Source: a virus (taxonomy: Duplodnaviria; Heunggongvirae; Uroviricota; Caudoviricetes). From it: DNA of 64,000 nucleotides. Positions 45,048 to 54,333 of the stretch are shown one piece after another. The position numbers and the translations under genes are program-made. The notes beneath the pieces are model-generated. The model did not search any database and was not told the DNA's origin. It saw only the letters and a list, made by a program, of their open reading frames with translations. The stretch's first letter is position 1, and every line of letters starts with the position of its first letter. The DNA lies in the IMG/VR virus record IMGVR_UViG_3300026097_000001; one strand, given 5' to 3'.

Positions 45048-46045
45048 GTCATTAATTTTAAGTTAGCTTCTAGGCTAGTGTATGTATTATTACGAATGAT
45101 TTCTTCAACGTTGTTTGCTCCGGCTAATACCATTTCGTTAATATCTTTTGCTGGAACATCAGAAGGCCAGATACAGATCTTATAACCGTTGCGAATTATC
45201 TTTTCCATTCGTTTATGAATTTCTCTGTTTCGTGGTTCAGCATCAAATACAAAGGTTGCATTATTTACGTTTTGAAGGGCGGCTGTACTACCTTCAGCAC
45301 CAGCCATTGCTACGGCGTTAGAAAGAAACATGCTGTCGAGCGCCCCTTCAACAACAAAGTATGGCTTGTTAAAATCAACTTTATCGAGACCAAAGATCTT
45401 TGGACGATCGTCGAACATAATCGTGATGTATCGTATTCCTTTTGGGTCAAACCCTCGAGCCGATACACCAAATACCTTACCTCTTTTATCTATAAAAGGA
45501 ATCACTAGACGTGGCTCATCCTTACCAACGTTTTCAAATTTATTTGGTATGATACTATTGATCCACGTTTTAAACTTCTGAGCATAGAACATGCGATAAT
45601 GGTGTTCTGGTGGAATACCTCTCTTTACGATATACTTTTTAAGAGGATGATCCACACTCAGCTGACTTATCTTTTTGAGTTTTTTAAGTGGGTTGGTGTT
45701 GAAGACCGGCGCTTCAAACTTAGTCTTTTCAAGAGTGGTTTCTTCAGGCTTCTTTTCGCTTACTTTCTTTACGAACTTTTCTGAGATATAGTCGTTATAG
45801 ACAAGGTTATCAACACTCTTGAGAAAGAACGAAAAGGATTGACTTGCTCCACAGTTATGACAGTAGAAGTGAAAGCTGTTATCTTTTTCTAACAACCAGC
45901 CACGTGCCTTCGTACGTGATGTTTGAGAATCACCGCACGCCGGGCACCTGAAGTTTATCTTGTATGGATTCGTTGACCGAACACGAAAGCGCTCAAGCCT
46001 GTTTGATAGCATAGTTGCATAATGAAGATCTACGAAATCTACCAT
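45032..46045 (-). CDS. DNA primase (T4 gp61-like, zinc finger plus Toprim)
   Basis: 337 aa; zinc ribbon CPACGDS...CHNCG; Toprim EGALD and primase-core conservation. Confidence 0.7.
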   Translation of the reverse strand: MVDFVDLHYATMLSNRLERFRVRSTNPYKINFRCPACGDSQTSRTKARGWLLEKDNSFHFYCHNCGASQSFSFFLKSVDNLVYNDYISEKFVKKVSEKKPEETTLEKTKFEAPVFNTNPLKKLKKISQLSVDHPLKKYIVKRGIPPEHHYRMFYAQKFKTWINSIIPNKFENVGKDEPRLVIPFIDKRGKVFGVSARGFDPKGIRYITIMFDDRPKIFGLDKVDFNKPYFVVEGALDSMFLSNAVAMAGAEGSTAALQNVNNATFVFDAEPRNREIHKRMEKIIRNGYKICIWPSDVPAKDINEMVLAGANNVEEIIRNNTYTSLEANLKLMTWRKA

Positions 46046-46076
46046 TTCGCCTCACAATTAGAATTACGATATTATT

Positions 46077-46105
46077 AGTATACTACCAGTATATGAAAAT
46101 GTCAA
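46077..46105 (-). promoter_or_regulatory. early promoter cassette (TTGACA-17-TATACT)
   Basis: The TGA of 46102..46569 lies inside the -35; drives the primase-frd-td operon. Confidence 0.5.
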
Positions 46106-46569
46106 CCAAAAAATGACATTATCGAGTTATATCTTGTTAGAATGAAAACAAGTGCAGCGGACGCGCCGAGGATCCACCATCTCCAGTTTTCTAGTGCGCG
46201 GATACGTTTATCCTGAACTTCCAACTTCGTATTTAAGTTGGAGCTCATTTCCTGGAGGGTTTCCAAGATTTCTTTATGACGGCGCTCACGTTGCTTTTGA
46301 GCGTCTTCTTTCATTTCGTTCAAGGACTTATTCAAATCCTTTCTGAATTCGAGTTCTTCTTCCCCGTGTTTCACAAAATTATCCTCGAGACTTGTAAGTC
46401 TTCTTTCAGTGTTTTCTAGAATAGTTTCCTGAACCGCGGCTATCTTGTGAAGCTCGGACATGTCTTCAATCGCTGTGTCAATTTTATTGAACACGCGATC
46501 AATCTGGTTTATGTCTTTTTTGATTAGTGCTACATCTGTCTTTAAAGTATTTACTTCGTTATCAGTCAT
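46102..46569 (-). CDS. coiled-coil protein with C-terminal TM anchor
   Basis: 155 aa; heptad-rich; terminal hydrophobic WWILGASAALVFIL. Confidence 0.35.
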   Translation of the reverse strand: MTDNEVNTLKTDVALIKKDINQIDRVFNKIDTAIEDMSELHKIAAVQETILENTERRLTSLEDNFVKHGEEELEFRKDLNKSLNEMKEDAQKQRERRHKEILETLQEMSSNLNTKLEVQDKRIRALENWRWWILGASAALVFILTRYNSIMSFFG

Positions 46570-46634
46570 TTGATGTAGCTCCTAGTTAAATGACTCACTT
46601 TGTAATTGTATACATCCGTATTTATAAGAATACT

Positions 46635-47018
46635 TTATTCTGGTGTAGACAAGGACTCTTCGTAATATGCGATGATGGCCTGTTGCTCTTTAATGTACCT
46701 ACGAAGATCACCAATACCTATGGCAAGGTTTTCATAACCCTTTGGAGTGATGGAAAAGAATACAACGTTTCCTGTGCTATCTTCTAGCTCAGCAAGTTTT
46801 TCTTCAAGGTTTTCTTCCGTTACAACAAACCAATCGACCGGAGGAAAGTTAACCTTCTCAGGACGTTCTTGAATTGGAATATTCTGTTCTAAATATTCTG
46901 TTTCAGTTACTACCGTCGGTTCCGGAGTTCTCCCCAGACACCCCGTCAGTAGCATCAGTGGTATCGCTAGGAGGAGTAGTTTCCCTAGCAATGTCATCGA
47001 TGAGTTTATTAACTGCAC
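46635..47018 (-). CDS. outer-membrane spanin (o-spanin lipoprotein)
   Basis: 127 aa; signal peptide with lipobox LLTGC; start embedded out of frame in the 3' end of the i-spanin gene. Confidence 0.5.
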   Translation of the reverse strand: MQLINSSMTLLGKLLLLAIPLMLLTGCLGRTPEPTVVTETEYLEQNIPIQERPEKVNFPPVDWFVVTEENLEEKLAELEDSTGNVVFFSITPKGYENLAIGIGDLRRYIKEQQAIIAYYEESLSTPE

Positions 47019-47346
47019 GGTCGACCCTTTCTTCTAAGTTTACAGGATCCTGTAAAGCTTCCATAGTTAAATCAATACGAGCAAACTTGCTACGTAATAC
47101 GTTTAGATCCTTACGTGATTCTGCAAGTTGCTTCGATAGGTTTTGATTAAGTTCTTCATTACGTTTTGCGTCTGCGGCCAGTTTATCTACTGTATTTTGT
47201 AATGTTTCAGCCGCAGACACAAGTTTTACGTTATTTTCTCGAAGAGTGGCAATGGTTTGTTCAGACCATTCGTAATAGCTCTTAGCAGCAAAGGCCACAC
47301 CGCCTACGATGCCTAAAACGATTATTAAGAGATATAGCCTGGCCAT
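46903..47346 (-). CDS. inner-membrane spanin (i-spanin)
   Basis: 147 aa; N-terminal TM LYLLIIVLGIVGGVAFAA, then coiled coil, then a Thr/Asp-rich tail. Confidence 0.5.
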   Translation of the reverse strand: MARLYLLIIVLGIVGGVAFAAKSYYEWSEQTIATLRENNVKLVSAAETLQNTVDKLAADAKRNEELNQNLSKQLAESRKDLNVLRSKFARIDLTMEALQDPVNLEERVDRAVNKLIDDIARETTPPSDTTDATDGVSGENSGTDGSN

Positions 47347-47367
47347 TAGTACTCCGAGAGTTTAGAA

Positions 47368-47751
47368 TTACTTGCTGCAGTATGAAGCGTATAGCTCGTT
47401 AAACTTTTCTTTTGTGCAGCCGTACTTTTCATTACATTTCTTGTACATTTCATTCTTCGGACATGCTGCAGCGTGAAGTTTTTTCATTTCACGAACGCAT
47501 GCCGCTTCATCCATGTCATCGTCGTCATCATCATCATCATCGTCTTCGTCGTCCATGTCGTCTTCATCAGACATTTCAGACAATGTGTCTTCGTCGTTCT
47601 CTTCATCAAGTTCTTCTTGGTCGAAAGAACCTTCTGTCATTTTTGCTTGGATAGCGAGAGCAATACGCTCACGCATTTCTTCTTCCAATGCCTCTTTCAT
47701 TCCAAGAGGGTTTTTGTTAACAGAATGTTCTATAATATCTCTAATAGACAT
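47368..47751 (-). CDS. highly acidic protein
   Basis: 127 aa with an uninterrupted Asp/Glu run (DDDDDDDDDMDE); sits in the lysis cassette. Confidence 0.4.
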   Translation of the reverse strand: MSIRDIIEHSVNKNPLGMKEALEEEMRERIALAIQAKMTEGSFDQEELDEENDEDTLSEMSDEDDMDDEDDDDDDDDDDMDEAACVREMKKLHAAACPKNEMYKKCNEKYGCTKEKFNELYASYCSK

Positions 47752-47791
47752 TTTTGTCTCCTATTTGTTTATAGTTTCAACTTATTATTTA

Positions 47792-48643
47792 TCATCTAAA
47801 CATTTTTGCTTGAGTCTTTGGCCCAATTATACCGTCTGGAGTTAGGCCATTCGCTCTCTGCCATTTTTTCACGGCTACTAACGTTCCTGGACCGAAGTCG
47901 CCATCCGCGGATACACCAATTGCCTTTTGCATTTTAGCAACGTCATCGCCCTTCATACCTTTACGTAGAGTACGGACCTTTGTTGATGTTTTACGTGGAG
48001 TCGGAATACTTTCTCCACCTAAGATTCTTTTTGCTCTTTCATATCTAGACTTACGGTCGTCAAGACCAATCGTTCCACCGTTGATACGTTTTGACATTCC
48101 TACGATATCATCTTTGTCCGCGTAACGATCGATATTATTCGTAGCCCAGAACCAGCAAGCAGACTCAAGAGCACCCTTCTTCGTCGCAACGTACTCAGCA
48201 GCTTCTTCTGCCGACATACCAACGGATTTACCAAAGGCAGTATAGTTATTACGACCGGTTAGCTGTTTGATGCCACGACCACGAAATCTCCATCCGTCTC
48301 CGTCTTCTGTGTTACCCATCTGACCGCGCTTCGAACGGAATTCATCCTGGTATACGTAGTTAGCGATCTTTTCTGGTTTACGAGCATACTCGGATGCGTC
48401 TCTCTTACCTTTTCCAAAGTATCTACCGAACACACTATTTAAAGCTTTTTCTGAGTAGTTTAAGTTTTCTTCAAGGCGAGTAAAGTCCGCAGACTCATGA
48501 CCGCACTGAGCCATAAAACCAGCGATACGTAATGGTGTTACTATATCATATTTTTTAAACATGTCAACAACATTTTCGTACCATTCTTCTGGTTCTTTGT
48601 TTCTTGGTATCATTGCTTTGAATTGTTCGAGAGTAATCATCAC
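47792..48643 (-). CDS. endolysin: GH19 chitinase-like muramidase plus C-terminal peptidoglycan-binding domain
   Basis: 283 aa; GFMAQCGHESADF, GRGIKQLTGRNNY and ACWFWATNNI (GH19 core); C-terminal TLRKGMKGDDVAKMQKAIG...DGIIGPKT (PG_binding_1). Confidence 0.75.
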   Translation of the reverse strand: MMITLEQFKAMIPRNKEPEEWYENVVDMFKKYDIVTPLRIAGFMAQCGHESADFTRLEENLNYSEKALNSVFGRYFGKGKRDASEYARKPEKIANYVYQDEFRSKRGQMGNTEDGDGWRFRGRGIKQLTGRNNYTAFGKSVGMSAEEAAEYVATKKGALESACWFWATNNIDRYADKDDIVGMSKRINGGTIGLDDRKSRYERAKRILGGESIPTPRKTSTKVRTLRKGMKGDDVAKMQKAIGVSADGDFGPGTLVAVKKWQRANGLTPDGIIGPKTQAKMFR

Positions 48644-49464
48644 TTTGCTCCTATAATATCTCTTAGTCTCTTTGGACCCTGATTCTTCTTTTTATACTTT
48701 TTCATTTGAGCAGGAGTCAATCCTGGCTCTCCTTGAGGACCAACGCCTATACCAGCAACCGCTCCGGATCCAGCACTATTCGTTGGTTCTTCCTTCATCT
48801 CTGGTTTTGTATCTACGTTCTTTGACATAGAACCGGATTTTACAACACCAGACTTTTTAATCTTGTTAATAAGTTTCATAGTCCGCATGTTCGTTGCTGC
48901 CTCATTTTGTTCTTCTTCTGCATCCAGTTTCGCTGCGATTGCCATCTGTCTTCTCTTGGCCTTTGACTTACCTTTGAACTGAGGAGCATCAGATTTATAG
49001 AAATCGTCTATCCAATCTCCCATATCATCAGACGCCTTTAGTTTTTCTAAAATAATTGCGTCAGACTCATTTAAATGGTTGACATCTTTCGAGAGTGTGT
49101 TATAATGATTATATCTACTAAGAAACAAGTCCAGTGACCGGTCAATACTCTCTTCAGAGACAGACTCATTAAGTAGGCTTTCATCAGTAAAATGATTCCA
49201 TTCTTTAATCAACCAGAGAGCAGCTGCATAGGATCCGAGTCTTGAAGAACCTCCAGGTACCTTCGCAAGAAGTTTCTTGAGTTTGAGTAGCATAAGATCG
49301 AACTTACCAAATGATTCCTTTTCGGATCTGGTATTTCTTTCTCTTTTTCCTTTGAGGATGTTTCCATCTTTATCAATTACGCCAGCTTCATATGCCGGCC
49401 ATTTTTCAAAAGGCATAGCCAATCTGCGTATGAATTGATAAACTAGGAATAAGTCGACTACCAT
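48640..49464 (-). CDS. hypothetical protein with basic tail
   Basis: 274-aa ORF. Confidence 0.4.
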   Translation of the reverse strand: MVVDLFLVYQFIRRLAMPFEKWPAYEAGVIDKDGNILKGKRERNTRSEKESFGKFDLMLLKLKKLLAKVPGGSSRLGSYAAALWLIKEWNHFTDESLLNESVSEESIDRSLDLFLSRYNHYNTLSKDVNHLNESDAIILEKLKASDDMGDWIDDFYKSDAPQFKGKSKAKRRQMAIAAKLDAEEEQNEAATNMRTMKLINKIKKSGVVKSGSMSKNVDTKPEMKEEPTNSAGSGAVAGIGVGPQGEPGLTPAQMKKYKKKNQGPKRLRDIIGAK

Positions 49465-49838
49465 TATATCTTCCTTAAGATCTCTTCTATATGTTCGTCT
49501 GATTTAAAGTGGCGATTATGAATTCTTTCATCCTCGTACTCGATGAACTCTGGCATAAAGTTTAGGTATACAACAAACGGCTTTAAGTATTCGTGGTATT
49601 CTTCGAGTTTCATAAACAACATATTTGTTGTCTCAACTCCAAAACAGTTGTATAAGATAATCAGATGATTTAGAATCAACCTTTCTTTTAACTCTCCGGT
49701 CTGTTTATATCGACCGAAGAGTTTTCTTAAGTACTGCAATCTCTTCAAGTCTTCTTCAAACTCAGACGTATCTGAGCAATGCGGGTTTTCATAATATTTT
49801 GCAGCGTAAAGAAGAAAGGTTGATTCTGTTAATTTCAT
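49464..49838 (-). CDS. hypothetical protein
   Basis: 124-aa ORF. Confidence 0.35.
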   Translation of the reverse strand: MKLTESTFLLYAAKYYENPHCSDTSEFEEDLKRLQYLRKLFGRYKQTGELKERLILNHLIILYNCFGVETTNMLFMKLEEYHEYLKPFVVYLNFMPEFIEYEDERIHNRHFKSDEHIEEILRKI

Positions 49839-49853
49839 AATATATTGCTAATC

Positions 49854-50156
49854 TTAACTATCAGCAACAATAGTATCTTCAATAGCAGTATTACCAGTGA
49901 TACCCAAGTCACCTGCATCGCCAGCAGTTACTTTCATAGCAACTAGGCATTCAGTTCTATGACGGCTACCTGCATTGCTGTATAGGTTCCAACCTGGAGT
50001 CTTAAGACCTTTTGCGCGGTTGGCTGCGATACCAGCTTCTGTAGTATCAACGAATACGCAGTTATCGCGATCATTCGAAGTATTAGTGTTGTTTGCGTCA
50101 TCTTCCAACCATTTTGGAACATCAGCCAATGTATCTGTTTTTCCCCAAAGTGCCAT
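49854..50156 (-). CDS. hypothetical protein
   Basis: 100-aa ORF. Confidence 0.35.
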   Translation of the reverse strand: MALWGKTDTLADVPKWLEDDANNTNTSNDRDNCVFVDTTEAGIAANRAKGLKTPGWNLYSNAGSRHRTECLVAMKVTAGDAGDLGITGNTAIEDTIVADS

Positions 50157-50229
50157 TTCAGCTCTCCTTGTTATTGAGTTTTGTTTTTGTTTTCATCATA
50201 TTGTTTATTTAACTCAATGTTTTTTTGTG

Positions 50230-51036
50230 TTATTTTGTAAGACGATCGACCGCTTTTCTAATACCTGCCGATCTTTTTAAGCCTTTGAAATTCATTTTAC
50301 CTGTCTTACCAACATTTAAAGCATTTTGAGCACGATCGTCAGAAGCCTTCTTCACATAAGATCCAAGTGTCTTTTTGCTGATTTCATCAAGCGCTTCAAA
50401 TGATTCTACAAGACCAACCTTTTTAAGTTCAATAAACATACGTTCACGTACATCTGTATCCATTCCATCAATTAAACGATTTAATCTAGTAAGAAGTTGT
50501 CCTGCCTGTAGAATATTAACACGACCAATTTGATCAAGAAGCTTAGAAACTTCCATAAATTCTTTCTTATCAACTCCACCATATTTTTGAGCATAAGCTT
50601 TCATTGCTTTAGCGCCGGCAGAAAACTTCTTCTGATCCATTGCTTCATCAAGTTTAGATTCTTCAAGAATTTTATCTTTATGTTTTGCCCTGTATGCAGC
50701 AACTGCACGATCAGCCGCGCGGTTGTTTGCTCTACCGGGACCACCAAAGTATGCATCATGATAAGCCTGCGCTTCACCTTTTGCATATTCAGGTTTCTTA
50801 TATCCTGCAGATCCCATATAAGAAGTTCTACCTTCAGGATTTTTTAGATGAGCTCTATAACCACCAAACTTTGATTTTTCAGATGAAGCTTTATAACCTT
50901 CGTCGATTGTGTGTTGTCCACCGCAATGAGGACAGTCTGGACCGCAGCCACACTTACCTTTTTCATCAATCATATTACCACAACAGGAACATTTAGATCC
51001 TGCCATTTGTTCTACAAAAGTTTTAAACCGTTTCAT
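50230..51036 (-). CDS. zinc-binding Ala/Lys-rich protein
   Basis: 268 aa; N-terminal CSCCGN...CGCGPDCPHCGG cluster. Confidence 0.35.
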   Translation of the reverse strand: MKRFKTFVEQMAGSKCSCCGNMIDEKGKCGCGPDCPHCGGQHTIDEGYKASSEKSKFGGYRAHLKNPEGRTSYMGSAGYKKPEYAKGEAQAYHDAYFGGPGRANNRAADRAVAAYRAKHKDKILEESKLDEAMDQKKFSAGAKAMKAYAQKYGGVDKKEFMEVSKLLDQIGRVNILQAGQLLTRLNRLIDGMDTDVRERMFIELKKVGLVESFEALDEISKKTLGSYVKKASDDRAQNALNVGKTGKMNFKGLKRSAGIRKAVDRLTK

Positions 51037-51076
51037 TGATATTTCCCTGTTTTTTTTGATTATCTTAAACTATTTA

Positions 51077-51427
51077 TCAATTATCTACATTAGCACCTGC
51101 ACGCCATTGGTGGCAACTCCAGTATCTTGCTTTCCATTTTGGGCCAGGATTATCACAGTTATGTCTTGCTCTAAAGTTCTTGCGTCTCTTAGGATCATCT
51201 CTTTTGATTTCCATCTTTGGATCACCGAAACGAACGACTACGACGTTACCCTTATCGTTCTTTACGTATACTTTAAACTTTTTGTTTGGGTTTTCAGAAG
51301 TACGAATAGGATCGTTGAGTTTAACCTTACGCCCTTCATACTCAGCCTCTTCAACAACTAGGTCTTCGTAAAGGTTGCATTCTTCGCAAGTTTCGTCGAT
51401 CTGATTATATCTGCTAAAGCTTTTCAT
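51077..51427 (-). CDS. hypothetical basic protein
   Basis: 116-aa ORF. Confidence 0.3.
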   Translation of the reverse strand: MKSFSRYNQIDETCEECNLYEDLVVEEAEYEGRKVKLNDPIRTSENPNKKFKVYVKNDKGNVVVVRFGDPKMEIKRDDPKRRKNFRARHNCDNPGPKWKARYWSCHQWRAGANVDN

Positions 51428-51735
51428 TTCATTAACTTCTTTATTGTTGATAACGCTTTTTTGCCATCGGGGTGGTTTGGATTAATACTTACAGTTTCAC
51501 CATTTACAAAGTCTGATATATTTGCCGCTTTACCAAGATCTTTGATTGCTTTGTGTAGCGGATCCTTTGGATCAAAAGTAGTCTCAAAGTTTGGCTTACC
51601 ACGTAACTCGACCCAACTCTTTTCTTTGGTATCCCACATCTTAAGTACACCCATATTCTTATCACGAATATACTTGAGCTTTACACCCTCTGAAATATAT
51701 TGTTTAAATCTAACCACCGAACTCGTGTCCTGCAA
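51424..51735 (-). CDS. hypothetical protein
   Basis: 103-aa ORF. Confidence 0.3.
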   Translation of the reverse strand: MQDTSSVVRFKQYISEGVKLKYIRDKNMGVLKMWDTKEKSWVELRGKPNFETTFDPKDPLHKAIKDLGKAANISDFVNGETVSINPNHPDGKKALSTIKKLMK

Positions 51736-52036
51736 CGCGTTTCATCTGTTTGGTAAACTCTTTAAAGGAAGGCTTTTTCTTATATAGTTTAATAGTAAGG
51801 TGTGCTTTATCTTTACCCTTAATGCGCCAGTTCATACCTTTTTCTTTATGTTCAGGTTTTGTGGTTTTAACGACTCTACGTTTGTAACCATCTTCCCATG
51901 TTTCCGAACCTTCGGCCAGCGCAATCGCAGTTTTACATTTTCCGCAACATTGCGAAGTTCCGCAGTTTGGGTGCCCTTCTTCTAATCTTGGTATTTTTGA
52001 CATACTTTGTAAATGTTCTTTAAATGATTTCATCAT
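51710..52036 (-). CDS. hypothetical Cys-cluster basic protein
   Basis: 108 aa; CGTSQCCGKCK. Confidence 0.3.
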   Translation of the reverse strand: MMKSFKEHLQSMSKIPRLEEGHPNCGTSQCCGKCKTAIALAEGSETWEDGYKRRVVKTTKPEHKEKGMNWRIKGKDKAHLTIKLYKKKPSFKEFTKQMKRVAGHEFGG

Positions 52037-54290
52037 GCTTTACGATATACAATTTACCGTCCTCTGTTCTTATTCTTGCTCTCCCAGTTTCATCATCAGT
52101 ACCAACAAAGGTACCTTCTAATGTTTCGGAATTTCCAGTCACATAGTTATGAATAAATTTTACTTTATCGCCACGATGTATATTTGCATCTAATGCAGCT
52201 TCTTCAAGGTCTTGCCCGGGTGTATCTTTTTTATACTTTTTAGTTAAACTATCAGTTCCCCATTCTCTTTCTGATGGAGAGTCCTCTTTTTGTTCAGCTT
52301 TGTAACCGTACTTCTTTAAAAGCTGTTTTCGCTGTAAAGGATTACGTGTCATAGTTGCAGGTTCACCGTACTTTTTCTTGTATTCGGTCTCAAGTTTGCG
52401 AGCCGGTATACCAATGTTCGAAAGAGTAACGATTTGATTTATTATATCCCCAAGGCTTTCACCTTTTGAAACATGATTGTGTATTTTTTCAAGAACTTTA
52501 TTTAACATAGTTTGTTCATCTAAGCTTGAGAATTCTTCCTTCTCTTTATCTGTCAAACTAAATTGTTCCTTTCTAACTTTTGCTGCAAGGTCTTTATCTG
52601 CTTTACCCCAGGTTCCTTTTCCTTTGGTAGCAAATGAATTGACTCTTGCTAATCCCCATTGTGTTGGGGTTGTTCCTGGCCTGTGGCCAGTTCTCCAAGC
52701 AGCGACTCCACGATCAAAGACCTTCTTTAGAATACCATACGATATTCCAGTCTTTTCCGCCTTTTTCTTTAGAGCTTTTTTCGATTCTGTTAGATCGTCA
52801 AAATCTTCTGACATTAAGAAGTCTTCAAAATCTTTTGAGAAATTTAAGATATCATTTATATCATTGTTTAAATCTTCGCCCACCTGTTCTTTAGATTTAA
52901 ATATCTTAAATCGTTTATCAAACTTAACAGCGCCGGTTTTTTCTAAAGCCATGTGAGGTCTTTTTCGAACCGTCATATCTGCCTTTGCGGCTTCGCCAAA
53001 CATATCTTTAAACTTTTTCGTATGAACAGAAGGTTTTGTCTTTGCATCTTTATCGCCAGGGGCTGGTTTATATGCAGCAGGATTATCATCGTCCATCTTA
53101 CCATACTTTTTAAAGTGGCGAGCGCGATCGTCTTTCTTATCCTTATCTACACCTTTATAGTATCCCTTTGGCTGAGATCCTGGCATATCCTTTACATCAG
53201 GATCCTGAGGCTTTTTGGATCTTGATTCCATAAATACTTCAAACATTGCATCTGTACTATATTTTTCTTCATTCTTTTTTGGATTTAAAACACCAGCAAG
53301 ACGTTCTTTTTCTGCTTTTCTAACCTTTGGAAGAAGGCGAGTTGCAATTCTGTCTATTACTCTGCCAGGAATCTTTTGTAATCTTTTGTCTAGCGTAATC
53401 TTTTCGGCTGTAGACATTTCGGAATATTTTTTATTCTTTGATAGTCTATTTCTCATAAAGTTTAATGCTTGTTTACGCGATCTCTTTAACAACTTATCCT
53501 TAGGAGCCATCTTTCTCTTTGATCTCTCACGTGACATCTTAATCTTGGTCTTATACTTACGCATAGTCAAGGCTCTTTTTCTTCTCTGCTGAATTGAGAG
53601 AGGAGCTCTTTCCTCAAGATCTTCTTCTTGTAAATCAAGTTCTTCAGTTATGTTCATTCCTTTACGGACCATATTCATAACCGCTGTTGCAGTACCTTTT
53701 AGTTTTTTAGGCAGGCCTTGCTTAAATAGTCCGATGTCGCCAGCTTTTGCCGCTGCTCTCATTTTTGATGCAGACATGCCGGTTACGCCTTCAGAGTCAG
53801 GATCTCTTTCTCCAGCTGAAACTATTTCAATGTTTTCGAACGTATAGTCGAGTTCGTTATACTTTTTCAATAGAGTTTCAAACTCTTTGACTCTATCGGA
53901 TCCTACGACCAATACAAACTTGTCATATCTCTTTGACAGTTCTTTAGCAACTTCAATGATCGTTCGAGCCGAAGATCTCTTTACAATTTTGCCGAATGCC
54001 TTTTGGCCGAGTTTAACCTTTTGTTCGTATGATAGTGGATTCTTCTTTGCATCCTGAGAATGAGACATATATACCGCGGCATCAGCCTTGCGCTTTACAG
54101 CTTCCGTGATAACTCTGTTCACTAACTTTTCATGACCAACCGTGATTGGATTGAAACGACCAAAACTTATAACGACGGTCTTATTCGTAGCCTCATTCAT
54201 GACTGGTTCTACTTCTATATACTGAGAAGGATCGTGTTCCTTGACCTTCTTGGAATTCTTTTTCTTTTTATCATTTTCTTTTTCGACCAT
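52020..54290 (-). CDS. chimeric protein: N-terminal HxGH nucleotidyltransferase domain (PPAT/TagD-like) fused to a ~580-aa Lys/Arg-rich region
   Basis: 756 aa; residues ~40-200 have FGRFNPITVGHEKL (HxGH) and GVTGMSASKMR (ISxTxIR); the rest is highly basic low-complexity; a TATAAATA box sits 33 nt upstream. Confidence 0.55.
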   Translation of the reverse strand: MVEKENDKKKKNSKKVKEHDPSQYIEVEPVMNEATNKTVVISFGRFNPITVGHEKLVNRVITEAVKRKADAAVYMSHSQDAKKNPLSYEQKVKLGQKAFGKIVKRSSARTIIEVAKELSKRYDKFVLVVGSDRVKEFETLLKKYNELDYTFENIEIVSAGERDPDSEGVTGMSASKMRAAAKAGDIGLFKQGLPKKLKGTATAVMNMVRKGMNITEELDLQEEDLEERAPLSIQQRRKRALTMRKYKTKIKMSRERSKRKMAPKDKLLKRSRKQALNFMRNRLSKNKKYSEMSTAEKITLDKRLQKIPGRVIDRIATRLLPKVRKAEKERLAGVLNPKKNEEKYSTDAMFEVFMESRSKKPQDPDVKDMPGSQPKGYYKGVDKDKKDDRARHFKKYGKMDDDNPAAYKPAPGDKDAKTKPSVHTKKFKDMFGEAAKADMTVRKRPHMALEKTGAVKFDKRFKIFKSKEQVGEDLNNDINDILNFSKDFEDFLMSEDFDDLTESKKALKKKAEKTGISYGILKKVFDRGVAAWRTGHRPGTTPTQWGLARVNSFATKGKGTWGKADKDLAAKVRKEQFSLTDKEKEEFSSLDEQTMLNKVLEKIHNHVSKGESLGDIINQIVTLSNIGIPARKLETEYKKKYGEPATMTRNPLQRKQLLKKYGYKAEQKEDSPSEREWGTDSLTKKYKKDTPGQDLEEAALDANIHRGDKVKFIHNYVTGNSETLEGTFVGTDDETGRARIRTEDGKLYIVKHDEII

Positions 54291-54322
54291 GAAGTGTCTC
54301 CGGATTTCATGTTATTTTATTG

Positions 54323-54330
54323 TATTTATA
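54323..54330 (-). promoter_or_regulatory. T4-late-type promoter box TATAAATA
   Basis: Exact TATAAATA on the minus strand 33 nt upstream of the 756-aa gene start. Confidence 0.4.
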
Positions 54331-54333
54331 ATA

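Noticed and set aside
52477-53847. Plus-strand ORFs (159, 82, 90, 125, 65 aa) inside the 756-aa gene
   Set aside because: They are antisense to a Lys-rich (AAG/AAA) coding region, which yields Phe/Leu-rich stop-poor frames. No promoter or RBS support is visible.
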